Origin: a virus
DNA: 64,000 nucleotides
Reading direction: 5' to 3' (one strand)
Virus record (IMG/VR): IMGVR_UViG_3300044729_003129
Span: 64,001 to 128,000 of that record
Every line of letters begins with the position of its first letter. The stretch's first letter is position 1. Both the position numbers and the translations under genes were made by a program. The notes beneath the pieces are model-generated. The model searched no databases. It saw only the letters and a program-made list of their open reading frames with translations, and was not told where the DNA came from. Positions 27,003-35,141 of the stretch are shown here, piece by piece.

Positions 27003-27910
27003 TGCAGTGGTATTTCATATAGTTTATAGTTAAACCCTTCCTTTGCATACATTTTGGTACGCTCTATTGCGTGTTGCAGTGTGTAATTCTTTTTCTTTTT
27101 CCATGAGAAGTTGTCTGATATGTCATAGACTGTTGTTGGTCGACCATCATCAGATTTTCGTAGTCCTCGACCAATGCTTTGCAATACACGTATTTGACTC
27201 TTTGTTGGCGCAGCAAATATAATCTGGTGCAGATTTTTGATATTGATTCCTGTACTAAACGTACCAACACTCGCCACAATAATTGCATTGTTTTGTGTTT
27301 CAGTTAATTCACGTATGTGTTCTCTGTTTGTTGCGTCTACTTCTCCAGACACATAGAATATATGTCTATCAGAATCACCATTAATACTACTTATAAGTTC
27401 AAAAAGAGGTTTGCCATGTTTCTGAACGAGATTAAAGAGTATGAGTGTATTGCCCTTTTGGTCAAGAGCAAGGTTTGCTATAAAAGAGTTTCGACCAACA
27501 TGAGTCACAATTGCATCTATCTCAGTTTGATAGTCGGCTTTAGAGATTACCTTTTTAAGTTCATCACTGTGGTTGCATACAATACATTTAATTTTTAATG
27601 CAGCAAGAGTATCGTTATCAATAAGCTCTTTTGTTGTAATTACTCGATGAGTTGGACCAAAATTGCCAACAAGTACTCGTTCATTGCAAAGACTGCCATC
27701 AAGGGTGCCAGTAGTGCCTATGCGATAACATGCATTAACACATGCAGACATAATCGTATTTAAACTTTTTGCTTTGAAGAGATGTGCTTCATCTCCTATG
27801 ACCATGCCATAGCTTTTAAACCAGGATTTTTGTAATGTAATTGCGCTCTGCCATGTAGTAATAATAACAGGCGATGGAGTTTCAATGATATCAATTTTAG
27901 ATATTTTCAT
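26999..27910 (-). CDS. uvsW: UvsW helicase, C-terminal fragment
   Basis: VIITTWQS, GDEAH (motif II), GTTGT, FSTGINIKNLH, QSIGRGLR; extra N-terminal MKISKIDIIE. Confidence 0.92.
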   Translation of the reverse strand: MKISKIDIIETPSPVIITTWQSAITLQKSWFKSYGMVIGDEAHLFKAKSLNTIMSACVNACYRIGTTGTLDGSLCNERVLVGNFGPTHRVITTKELIDNDTLAALKIKCIVCNHSDELKKVISKADYQTEIDAIVTHVGRNSFIANLALDQKGNTLILFNLVQKHGKPLFELISSINGDSDRHIFYVSGEVDATNREHIRELTETQNNAIIVASVGTFSTGINIKNLHQIIFAAPTKSQIRVLQSIGRGLRKSDDGRPTTVYDISDNFSWKKKKNYTLQHAIERTKMYAKEGFNYKLYEIPLQ

Positions 27911-28727
27911 ATTTTTTTCTGCCTAACACCCATTCATTATTATCTATAATAGGAAACATCAACTTTGAAATTCGTAATTCATCATTATGATACCATTTCA
28001 TTCCTGTAGTAGTAGAATGTTTGGCTTTACGTTCTTCAGCGCTTAATAAGGAATTATTTTTTATTTTAGTTTTCGACATTTTGCGAACACGATCTGAATT
28101 TTCCTTTGTTTGACCAGTTCGTTCTAAACTAAACTTTTTTCTAACTTCATCAGACCATTCATGTCCAAATTTCTGTTTCCGCTCTTCTTTTGTCATCTTA
28201 GCAATAGTTTCATTGAATTTATTTCGCGAATCTCGTAGCCATTGTGAATTCTCAGCAGTATATTGTGATTTTTTTATATTAGCGATTCTAATATAATCAT
28301 GAGTTTCTTTAGTTCTCCCACTTAAAGCCTTACTAATTTTCTGTTTGGTATTATCATCAAATAATGGATTATTTTTCTGCATATGATCTATCCAAATCAA
28401 TTTATAATCAAGATATTGTCTTGAAGATTTAGATTTATTTCTGCGATTTAGAAAGAACATCGCTCTAACCATTTTTAACCTATTTTCTCCAAAAAACATC
28501 TTTGTTAAAAGTAAATGACAAATAAAATGTTCCCGAATCGTAAGAACTACTTTGTTATCATTTTTATTTTTCCAATCACGATTAAACGAAACTGGAAATA
28601 TATGGTGGTTTTCAATAGGATTATCTAATATATTCCTAGATATAGCGCGATTGATTAAGGCATTATACCATTTTGTATATTTATTGCTTATCGCAAGATT
28701 ATTAAGTTCATTTAAAAAGTAATTCAT
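27897..28727 (-). CDS. HNH homing endonuclease inserted in uvsW
   Basis: ENHHIFP...NKVVLTIREHFICHLLL; NUMOD-like basic repeats; KWYHN...WVLGR tail; AT-rich. Confidence 0.85.
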   Translation of the reverse strand: MNYFLNELNNLAISNKYTKWYNALINRAISRNILDNPIENHHIFPVSFNRDWKNKNDNKVVLTIREHFICHLLLTKMFFGENRLKMVRAMFFLNRRNKSKSSRQYLDYKLIWIDHMQKNNPLFDDNTKQKISKALSGRTKETHDYIRIANIKKSQYTAENSQWLRDSRNKFNETIAKMTKEERKQKFGHEWSDEVRKKFSLERTGQTKENSDRVRKMSKTKIKNNSLLSAEERKAKHSTTTGMKWYHNDELRISKLMFPIIDNNEWVLGRKKYENI

Positions 28728-28758
28728 ACCTACAAAGGTTGTTATAGGTATATTTATA
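28725..28758 (-). promoter_or_regulatory. late promoter plus start-codon-sequestering hairpin of the HNH gene
   Basis: TATAAATA (28751-28758) overlapping the 5' arm of ATACCTATAA-CAACCT-TTGTAGGTAT(G). Confidence 0.65.
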
Positions 28759-29506
28759 CTATGTCATCTTTTAAAGTTAAATCACCAGCTTTAATTTTAC
28801 CTCTATTACTAGTATTTACTATATCATTTGGAAAATACGACTGTATTGATCCATCTTCCATAGTCAATTTAATTTTATTTTTTTGGGGATTTTTATCATA
28901 TCCGCTCATTATCATAGATACACTATCTTCAACATTAAATGTATCATCAGATTTAGAATACTCTTCAAAATCTTTTGTCATTTGGTGAACGAGTGATGTT
29001 GTAGGCACTACAATCAATATCTTTTGATCATAATGTTCTAAAAACCAACGAACACATAAGTAGATAATTAAACTTTTTCCAGAACCCGTAGGAGATATTA
29101 CGAGACTGCGTCCTTCAGTGCATGCATGCACGTATGCTTCAAGTTGATAGTCTCGTGGTGTTATCTGCGTTCCACCACTCGTTATATGTAAACTATTTGC
29201 ATAATCTAACAGCGATTGTGATGTTGGTACATCTCGTTCAGTTATGCTAGGATGCAATTCATAACTATAGCCATGAGAGTCAGCAAACTTTAACACTTCA
29301 AACAACAGACCATATGGTAGTGTTGATGTTTTAGTATTATATAATCTAATGCGTCCATCCCATAATTTATTTCTATACGATGGAACAAACTTATATCCTT
29401 CAGCAAAAAAAGTAAAATGTTCTGAAAGCTCCATAAGAATTCCAGAATCATTAGAGACTATTCTCAATGAAGTTTCGTCAATCTTATGTATCTTTAGATG
29501 AGACAT
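28754..29506 (-). CDS. uvsW: UvsW helicase, N-terminal fragment with intein-like C-terminal tail
   Basis: WDGRIRLY, PRDYQ (Q motif), SPTGSGKS (Walker A), IVVPTTSLV; start set at MSHLKI. Confidence 0.92.
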   Translation of the reverse strand: MSHLKIHKIDETSLRIVSNDSGILMELSEHFTFFAEGYKFVPSYRNKLWDGRIRLYNTKTSTLPYGLLFEVLKFADSHGYSYELHPSITERDVPTSQSLLDYANSLHITSGGTQITPRDYQLEAYVHACTEGRSLVISPTGSGKSLIIYLCVRWFLEHYDQKILIVVPTTSLVHQMTKDFEEYSKSDDTFNVEDSVSMIMSGYDKNPQKNKIKLTMEDGSIQSYFPNDIVNTSNRGKIKAGDLTLKDDIV

Positions 29507-30317
29507 TATCTTTATATTTGCAGTTATCAAAATGCCATCGTTTCATAGTATTTATTCCTCCATTTTTATTACAATGTGGACATATGATAATATTAGATTT
29601 TTTTCCAGTTAATGCTTTACTTATTTTTTCTCTAGTTTCTGGAGAATTAGTTAATCCTATTCTAGTTCCAATTTTACCAATATTAGCTAATCTAAGTTTT
29701 TCTTTAGTTTCTTCAGAGTGAACTTTTAATTTGAGTTTTAATGACCTTTCATTCCATATATGAGCTTTAATACTTTCAATATCTGAAAAATTACTAATAT
29801 CATTATTTCTTATAAATGTTATAACTGAAAAACTAATATTTAATTGTTTCATTGCGGATGTTATTGAATCATACGTTTCTCCAAGTATAGTTATTTGTTT
29901 TGATTTTTTAGATTTTCTACCAGACATTTTTATAGAATGCGCAAAGGCAGATGCTTTTTGTTTAGGTGATCGCAAATCTCCCTTTAAAGTTACTAGTGTA
30001 TTAGACATAATTTCACTAGTAATAATTGGGGGTGCAGGTCTATCTGTTTTATTTAAAAAATCTAAACGATTAACTGCATTTAATCTTTTTAATACTTTAG
30101 ATTCCCATTTACATGCTGCATCTTTATTTTTAAATGTTTTACGTATTTGAATAATATCAGGATTGCCATAGATATCAATATATGATTTTACGACTGATGA
30201 TGAAGTAAAATATGTGACAAATAAATCAGATGGATGACAATTGAAGGAATATCTAACTCCATAATAATATTTGTTTAAATTTTTCCAACCAATTAAATAC
30301 GTATATGGTATATTCAT
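29484..30317 (-). CDS. GIY-YIG (Seg-like) homing endonuclease with NUMOD3 repeats
   Basis: YTYLIGW...YYYGVRY, YFTSS, WESKVL, FLNK; HSEETKEKLR, SPETREKISKALTG; CPHC; late promoter 30323-30330. Confidence 0.85.
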   Translation of the reverse strand: MNIPYTYLIGWKNLNKYYYGVRYSFNCHPSDLFVTYFTSSSVVKSYIDIYGNPDIIQIRKTFKNKDAACKWESKVLKRLNAVNRLDFLNKTDRPAPPIITSEIMSNTLVTLKGDLRSPKQKASAFAHSIKMSGRKSKKSKQITILGETYDSITSAMKQLNISFSVITFIRNNDISNFSDIESIKAHIWNERSLKLKLKVHSEETKEKLRLANIGKIGTRIGLTNSPETREKISKALTGKKSNIIICPHCNKNGGINTMKRWHFDNCKYKDNVSSKDT

Positions 30318-30361
30318 ATTAGTATTTATAATAATACATTTTTAATGTACTGGTATCGCCA

Positions 30362-30811
30362 TTAAGCTCCTGATACAAATCGTCTATGATCTATAATATT
30401 TTTAATTGTGGTATGTCTCCACTTTATATTGTCCATAATATCTTTAAGAGCTTCAACAATTGTAGATTGATATTCTATTTGTCCTTGAAGTTTCATAATA
30501 TCAGAGTCAGTAGAGTAAAACAATTCCATGTCACTTTTAAGCGGTTTCGTCATACCAGAAAATGGATCATACTGCCATCCTTTGGCATCCATTTCGTTTT
30601 TAGTCATCTTACCATTATAGTAGAGCCATTTGTCTTTGCGCAAATGAGCCATAGAGAGTTCTTTCTTTTTGAGATTTAACTTTGCGATGCTATAGAGTTC
30701 TAGATATTTTGAATGTAGACTAGCACTTTTGACGCTCGTTTCATCTAAATTAATCTCATCAATAACGCTGTCAGTTTCCCATAATTTAAGTATATCTTCA
30801 AGTTGCATCAT
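30362..30811 (-). CDS. uvsY: recombination mediator UvsY
   Basis: W..DSVID, LHSKYL, KWLYYNGK, IKNIID.RRF..G; position before uvsW. Confidence 0.92.
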   Translation of the reverse strand: MMQLEDILKLWETDSVIDEINLDETSVKSASLHSKYLELYSIAKLNLKKKELSMAHLRKDKWLYYNGKMTKNEMDAKGWQYDPFSGMTKPLKSDMELFYSTDSDIMKLQGQIEYQSTIVEALKDIMDNIKWRHTTIKNIIDHRRFVSGA

Positions 30812-30827
30812 AATATATTATATATCA

Positions 30828-31280
30828 TTATAAAAATTCAAAATAATCATAACGAAAAGTAACATCTACATAGGCATATTCTGATTCGGTTTGTTGTACA
30901 TTAAACTCTAGCCCTCCTATATTTGTAGGAAATGCATTTGCAAAACGTACACTGCGAGATATATTGTTATGATTTGTTAAAAAGTGTAACGTCATGTCAT
31001 GGTTAATTAGTGTGTTGGATGATGTATTAGCATAGATCCAATTAAAAATCTCTCGATATGATTCTAAACTTTCATCTATTGCAATGCGCACGGTTAATGG
31101 ATCATATGCTAATTTATCGCCTGGAACAAACCCTTGTAAGTTTCGAAATCCAGTTGTAACCTCTGGCAATGACACAGCAGGAAAACTTGCACTTACAGCA
31201 AAATATTGAGTGTGCTTAAAGTCTTCAGCATGTATGTATAGTTTGAACCCAGTTAATGCTAATAAATTTGAATCTATCAT
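30828..31280 (-). CDS. 3: tail completion / sheath stabilizer (T4 gp3-like)
   Basis: PGDKLAYDPLTVR..IDE....Y.EIFNW, F.NAFPTNIGGLEF; position between 23 and uvsY. Confidence 0.8.
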   Translation of the reverse strand: MIDSNLLALTGFKLYIHAEDFKHTQYFAVSASFPAVSLPEVTTGFRNLQGFVPGDKLAYDPLTVRIAIDESLESYREIFNWIYANTSSNTLINHDMTLHFLTNHNNISRSVRFANAFPTNIGGLEFNVQQTESEYAYVDVTFRYDYFEFL

Positions 31281-31294
31281 ACTATTATTTATGC

Positions 31295-31325
31295 AAAAAA
31301 GAGGCTACCCGAAAGGGTAGCCTCT
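31295..31325 (-). terminator. intrinsic terminator after gene 23
   Basis: AGAGGCTACCC-TTTC-GGGTAGCCTCT followed by T-run. Confidence 0.9.
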
Positions 31326-31355
31326 AATTTTAAGGTTATTACCTATTGCAACAAA

Positions 31356-32657
31356 TTATGCTGCGTTAGTGTAAGTAGAACCACCAATACCAGTTACTGT
31401 GAACTTACGGAAGTATGGGTTAGCTGCGTTAGCACCTGTACCGCCGTTAGCTGTTGGGTTACCAGCAAATGGGTTAGCAACGAGACCATAACGTGTCTTG
31501 AAGCCAATCTTTGGTTGGAATGTGTCTGGATCAACTGCACGAACCATTGTGAGTGGAACGTATGGGCAATAGAACATACCAGCGTCGTATGCGTTTGTAC
31601 CGCGATAACCAACAGTTACATAATCTTCGGATGCGAATGGGTCGATGAACACCTTGAGACGGCCATTTACCATACCAGCAAATACATTGCCAGTGTCGTC
31701 AACATTGAGGTTGGTTGCAAGAGCTGGAGCATAGTCAAGCACACCAGCTGCAGCAAGAGCACTTGCAACATTGCTGCTGCAAAGTACAAAGTTTGCCTTA
31801 CCACGACGTGTTGCCTTAGCAACTGCGTTAGCTTCAACTTCAATTTGGAAGAGAAGTGACTTGAACTTTTCAACAGCCCAACGACCGTCAGCATCTTGGT
31901 CAAGATCGAAAGTACCATTGATGCCAGCAACTTGTGCTTTTGTATTAACAGTGTCGATAACTTCACGGTTGATTTCTGCAAGAATCTCAGTGCTGAGGAT
32001 GTTTGCAAGTTCTGCTTCTGCATCGAGGCCATGAACAGCCTTAAGGTCTTGAGCAAGTTCCATTGAATATTCAGCCTTAAGAGCGCGTGTCTTAGCAGTA
32101 ACGGTTGTCTTGTCAACAGTGAATCCCATTTGACCAAAGCCAGTGCCAGTTGCACCAGTAGTACGACCAATTTGAACTGTGCCTACGGATGGATCTGGAT
32201 CAACATAGTTACCATCTACACCATTGCCAGTGAGAGCTTCACCTTGTGCAGTAGTAACTGGTTGACCACTGAATGCGGTGTCTGGCTTGTTGAAGAGAGC
32301 TTCAGCAGTATTTGCACCGGCTGCATTTTGATATTGACTGCGCATAGCGAAGATCAAGCCAGTTGGCATGGTCATTGGCTGAACACCAGCAATATCATAA
32401 GCAACGATGTTTGGCATCGCACGACGAACAAGGCTGATAAGAACTGGATCCCAGGTCTTAACTGCGCCGGTGCCGTCACCGATTGAGTTGCCTTCAGCAA
32501 GATATGCAGATTGTGCATTTTCTTCTCTGAGTGCTTTTTCTTGGTTTTCGAGAAGAACTGCAGTAATTGACTTACGATAGTTGTCCTTGAACTTAGGGGC
32601 GTCTTGAGCCTCAAGAATTGGGGCCCACTTTTTTTCTAGTGTTTCTGAATTAAACAT
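31356..32657 (-). CDS. 23: major capsid protein (T4 gp23)
   Basis: KWAPIL, LISLVRRAMP, GVQPM..PTGLIFAMR, ELAQDLKAVHGLDAEAEL, YCPYVPL, QPKIGFKTRYG. Confidence 0.98.
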   Translation of the reverse strand: MFNSETLEKKWAPILEAQDAPKFKDNYRKSITAVLLENQEKALREENAQSAYLAEGNSIGDGTGAVKTWDPVLISLVRRAMPNIVAYDIAGVQPMTMPTGLIFAMRSQYQNAAGANTAEALFNKPDTAFSGQPVTTAQGEALTGNGVDGNYVDPDPSVGTVQIGRTTGATGTGFGQMGFTVDKTTVTAKTRALKAEYSMELAQDLKAVHGLDAEAELANILSTEILAEINREVIDTVNTKAQVAGINGTFDLDQDADGRWAVEKFKSLLFQIEVEANAVAKATRRGKANFVLCSSNVASALAAAGVLDYAPALATNLNVDDTGNVFAGMVNGRLKVFIDPFASEDYVTVGYRGTNAYDAGMFYCPYVPLTMVRAVDPDTFQPKIGFKTRYGLVANPFAGNPTANGGTGANAANPYFRKFTVTGIGGSTYTNAA

Positions 32658-32713
32658 AATAGTATTTTTTCTTTATTGTTTGTTGTTGTTGTTGTTTGGG
32701 GTTGGAACCTTTA

Positions 32714-34249
32714 TCAACGTACTGGAATAGTGGCTTCATTTGCCTTGTTCAGACGTGATAATGCGGTCAAGTATTTTTGCATTGCAGGCGAAACTGTTTC
32801 TTCTGCAATTGTTTCATTTTCTATAACTGTTTCGGTTGTTATATAGGAAGATTCATTGGCATTTTCTTCAACCAATGTTTCTGTTTCTTCGACTGCAGCG
32901 CCATTAAGGTAAAATTCCTTGATGGTAGCTACCTTCTTGCGAAATGATGTTTCTGATGTGCATTCGATATCTTCAAGTAATGACTTGAGTTTTTCAACTT
33001 GGGTGTCAGCAAGATCTGTTGTAGACTCAGAGATTACCTTTTCACGAGTAAGGCTATTAACCTTTTCGTTGAGGGCAAGCACTGTGTTTTCCAATTCTGA
33101 AGACTCAGTTTGAAGTTGAGCGATTGAAGTTTCCATCTCAGCGACCAAATCCTGCTTGGACTCAGGCACTTCAATATAGTTTTCAACAAATACTGTCTTG
33201 AGTGATTGAATGAAGTTTTCAGCAATTTGTGTACGGAGTCCGCCTTCGATTGCAACCTTGTTATCTTCTACCCAGCTTTCAACTGCATAGGTAAGATAGT
33301 TGTCAATCTTTTCAACGAGTTCTTCTTTGATTGTTTCTACTTCTTCAATAAGAGCGACTGCATAGCTTTCTTTAAGAGTTTCTTCAGTTTCTTTGAGTTT
33401 GCTCTTAACAGCAGCTTCAAAAATTGTAGTAGCTTTTTCTTTAAACTCTTCAGTCAATCCTGTTTCACTTTCAACGAGACGAGTAATGTCAGATGTATCA
33501 ATTGAGATTGTGTTTTCTTCGATAACTTCTTCAGTTTCTTCTTTCATGTCCTTTTTCTTGATTTCTGGATGATATTTTTCAGCTTCAGCTGCATTGTCGT
33601 AATGTGCAATAACTGCACTACGAACTTTGTTAAACGGACCAGATAAAGTAATTGCGCCTGCAGGATTTGCAGCTTTAACACCTTCTTTTGCTCTGGCTTT
33701 AACATAGTCTGCAAAATCATCAGGATCGACATCATCTAATGGATCAACTTTAATTCGAACGGTTAAGTTCTTTTGAGTTTCTTCTGCTTCTTTCATCTCA
33801 ACTTCTTTTTCGTCTTCCATTTCTTCTTCGCCAAGCCCACTGGTGATCATACCAATTGCTGAACCATAATCGCCGTCAGCCTTTTTAAGGATGCCTTCGA
33901 TTGCGGCCATTGCCTTGGCTTCATCATAGTTGTCTCCGTGAGCAGCCTTAAGAATACCCTTAGCGTATGCAGTAAACTCTTCATCAGAGCTTACTTCAGC
34001 TTCTTCAGATACCTTTTTAGCTTCAGTCATTTCTTCTTCGTCATCTTCACACTCTTCTTCATCCTCTTTTTCGTCTTCATCAGACTCTTCTTCATCTTCC
34101 ATGTCTTCTCCCTCTTTCTTACACTTGCCTTCTGCAATCTCAGTTTGTTCCTGATCAAGCTCTAAGGTTTCGTCAAGAGAAAGTAATGTTTCTTCGTTGA
34201 TGTCTTCAATGACGACATCTTCTGTGTTTTCAATTTGTGTATTTTCCAT
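32714..34249 (-). CDS. 22: prohead core scaffold (T4 gp22) with two inserted domains
   Basis: LTEEFKEKATTIFEAAV, IDNYLTY.VE.W..DN, F.ENYIEVPE, M..YLTAL; position between 21 and 23. Confidence 0.9.
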   Translation of the reverse strand: MENTQIENTEDVVIEDINEETLLSLDETLELDQEQTEIAEGKCKKEGEDMEDEEESDEDEKEDEEECEDDEEEMTEAKKVSEEAEVSSDEEFTAYAKGILKAAHGDNYDEAKAMAAIEGILKKADGDYGSAIGMITSGLGEEEMEDEKEVEMKEAEETQKNLTVRIKVDPLDDVDPDDFADYVKARAKEGVKAANPAGAITLSGPFNKVRSAVIAHYDNAAEAEKYHPEIKKKDMKEETEEVIEENTISIDTSDITRLVESETGLTEEFKEKATTIFEAAVKSKLKETEETLKESYAVALIEEVETIKEELVEKIDNYLTYAVESWVEDNKVAIEGGLRTQIAENFIQSLKTVFVENYIEVPESKQDLVAEMETSIAQLQTESSELENTVLALNEKVNSLTREKVISESTTDLADTQVEKLKSLLEDIECTSETSFRKKVATIKEFYLNGAAVEETETLVEENANESSYITTETVIENETIAEETVSPAMQKYLTALSRLNKANEATIPVR

Positions 34250-34269
34250 ATATTACTTTTTTCTATTGT

Positions 34270-34914
34270 TTAGAGTTTGGAGAGGAAATCAGTCCAGATT
34301 TTTGTTTGTGCTTCGGCAAGATTTGCAGAAGAGGCCTTTTTGATTTCTGTCTCATACTTTTCAAGCTGTTGCGCCTTTAACAAGCCATTGTCCCAGATCC
34401 ATTCTACAGATTCCATTATTCCATTTACAAAAGCAGATGGAGCACTTGGGTCTTGAACAATATCAACTGTTGACAACACAAAGTCGTCATTGACAAATGT
34501 TTGGCCGTTTTTACTCGCAACGGTTCCCATACCACGACTAGAGACGCCTAGTTGACAACCACCTTCTAAAAGTCCTTTCACAATTTTACCCATCGGTGTG
34601 TCAAGTATAAGCGCCTTTCCAACAACATCATTGCCGTTCCATTGCAGTTCGGTAATGCGATGTGAAACTTTATCAAGGTTAATAGTAGGACCTTCTGGGT
34701 GATTAAGTTCACCTACAGCTCGTCCTTTATTAACATATTCCGAGACGTATTTACGTACGGCTTTTTCTAAAACTGTTTTCGGATATATGCGGCGATTACG
34801 ATTCACCTGCTCAGCTTGCATAAAAATACCGTCAATGATGAATTTCTTTTCACCATTGTCAGCAGCTTCTGAGATATATCTTAAATCTTCTGAATGTTCA
34901 ATGATTAACTTCAT
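34270..34914 (-). CDS. 21: prohead protease (T4 gp21)
   Basis: GIFMQAE..NRNRRIYP, GELNHP, GVSSRGMG, DIVQDPSAP.AFV. Confidence 0.97.
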   Translation of the reverse strand: MKLIIEHSEDLRYISEAADNGEKKFIIDGIFMQAEQVNRNRRIYPKTVLEKAVRKYVSEYVNKGRAVGELNHPEGPTINLDKVSHRITELQWNGNDVVGKALILDTPMGKIVKGLLEGGCQLGVSSRGMGTVASKNGQTFVNDDFVLSTVDIVQDPSAPSAFVNGIMESVEWIWDNGLLKAQQLEKYETEIKKASSANLAEAQTKIWTDFLSKL

Positions 34915-34949
34915 TAGACTGTTGTGTATTTATTTATAAAAATTAACGT

Positions 34950-35120
34950 TTATACTTCACTTTGTGGCTGTGAAGCGTTATAGATATTTGCTGATAGTTC
35001 AACCTTTTTGATATCTAATACTGTACGAACTTTATCATGTATCATGCCAGAGAATAATGAATCTGAGGTCTCTTTTTGACCATTCATTAAGCTGTCAATA
35101 AATTCTTTTGTTTTTTCCAT
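34950..35120 (-). CDS. small prohead core protein (gp67-like)
   Basis: manually read 56-aa ORF MEKTKEFIDSLMNG...KVRTVLDIKKVELSANIY between 20 and 21, with own TATAAATA (35129-35136). Confidence 0.7.
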   Translation of the reverse strand: MEKTKEFIDSLMNGQKETSDSLFSGMIHDKVRTVLDIKKVELSANIYNASQPQSEV

Positions 35121-35141
35121 ACTTTAACTATTTATATATTT

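Noticed and set aside
27881-28876. Functional split intein or group I intron in uvsW
   Set aside because: No N-terminal Cys/Ser block A, no TxxH and no terminal HN plus nucleophile. The gap is filled by the HNH ORF, leaving no room for a ribozyme core, and it is far longer than the T4 gene 60 ribosomal bypass
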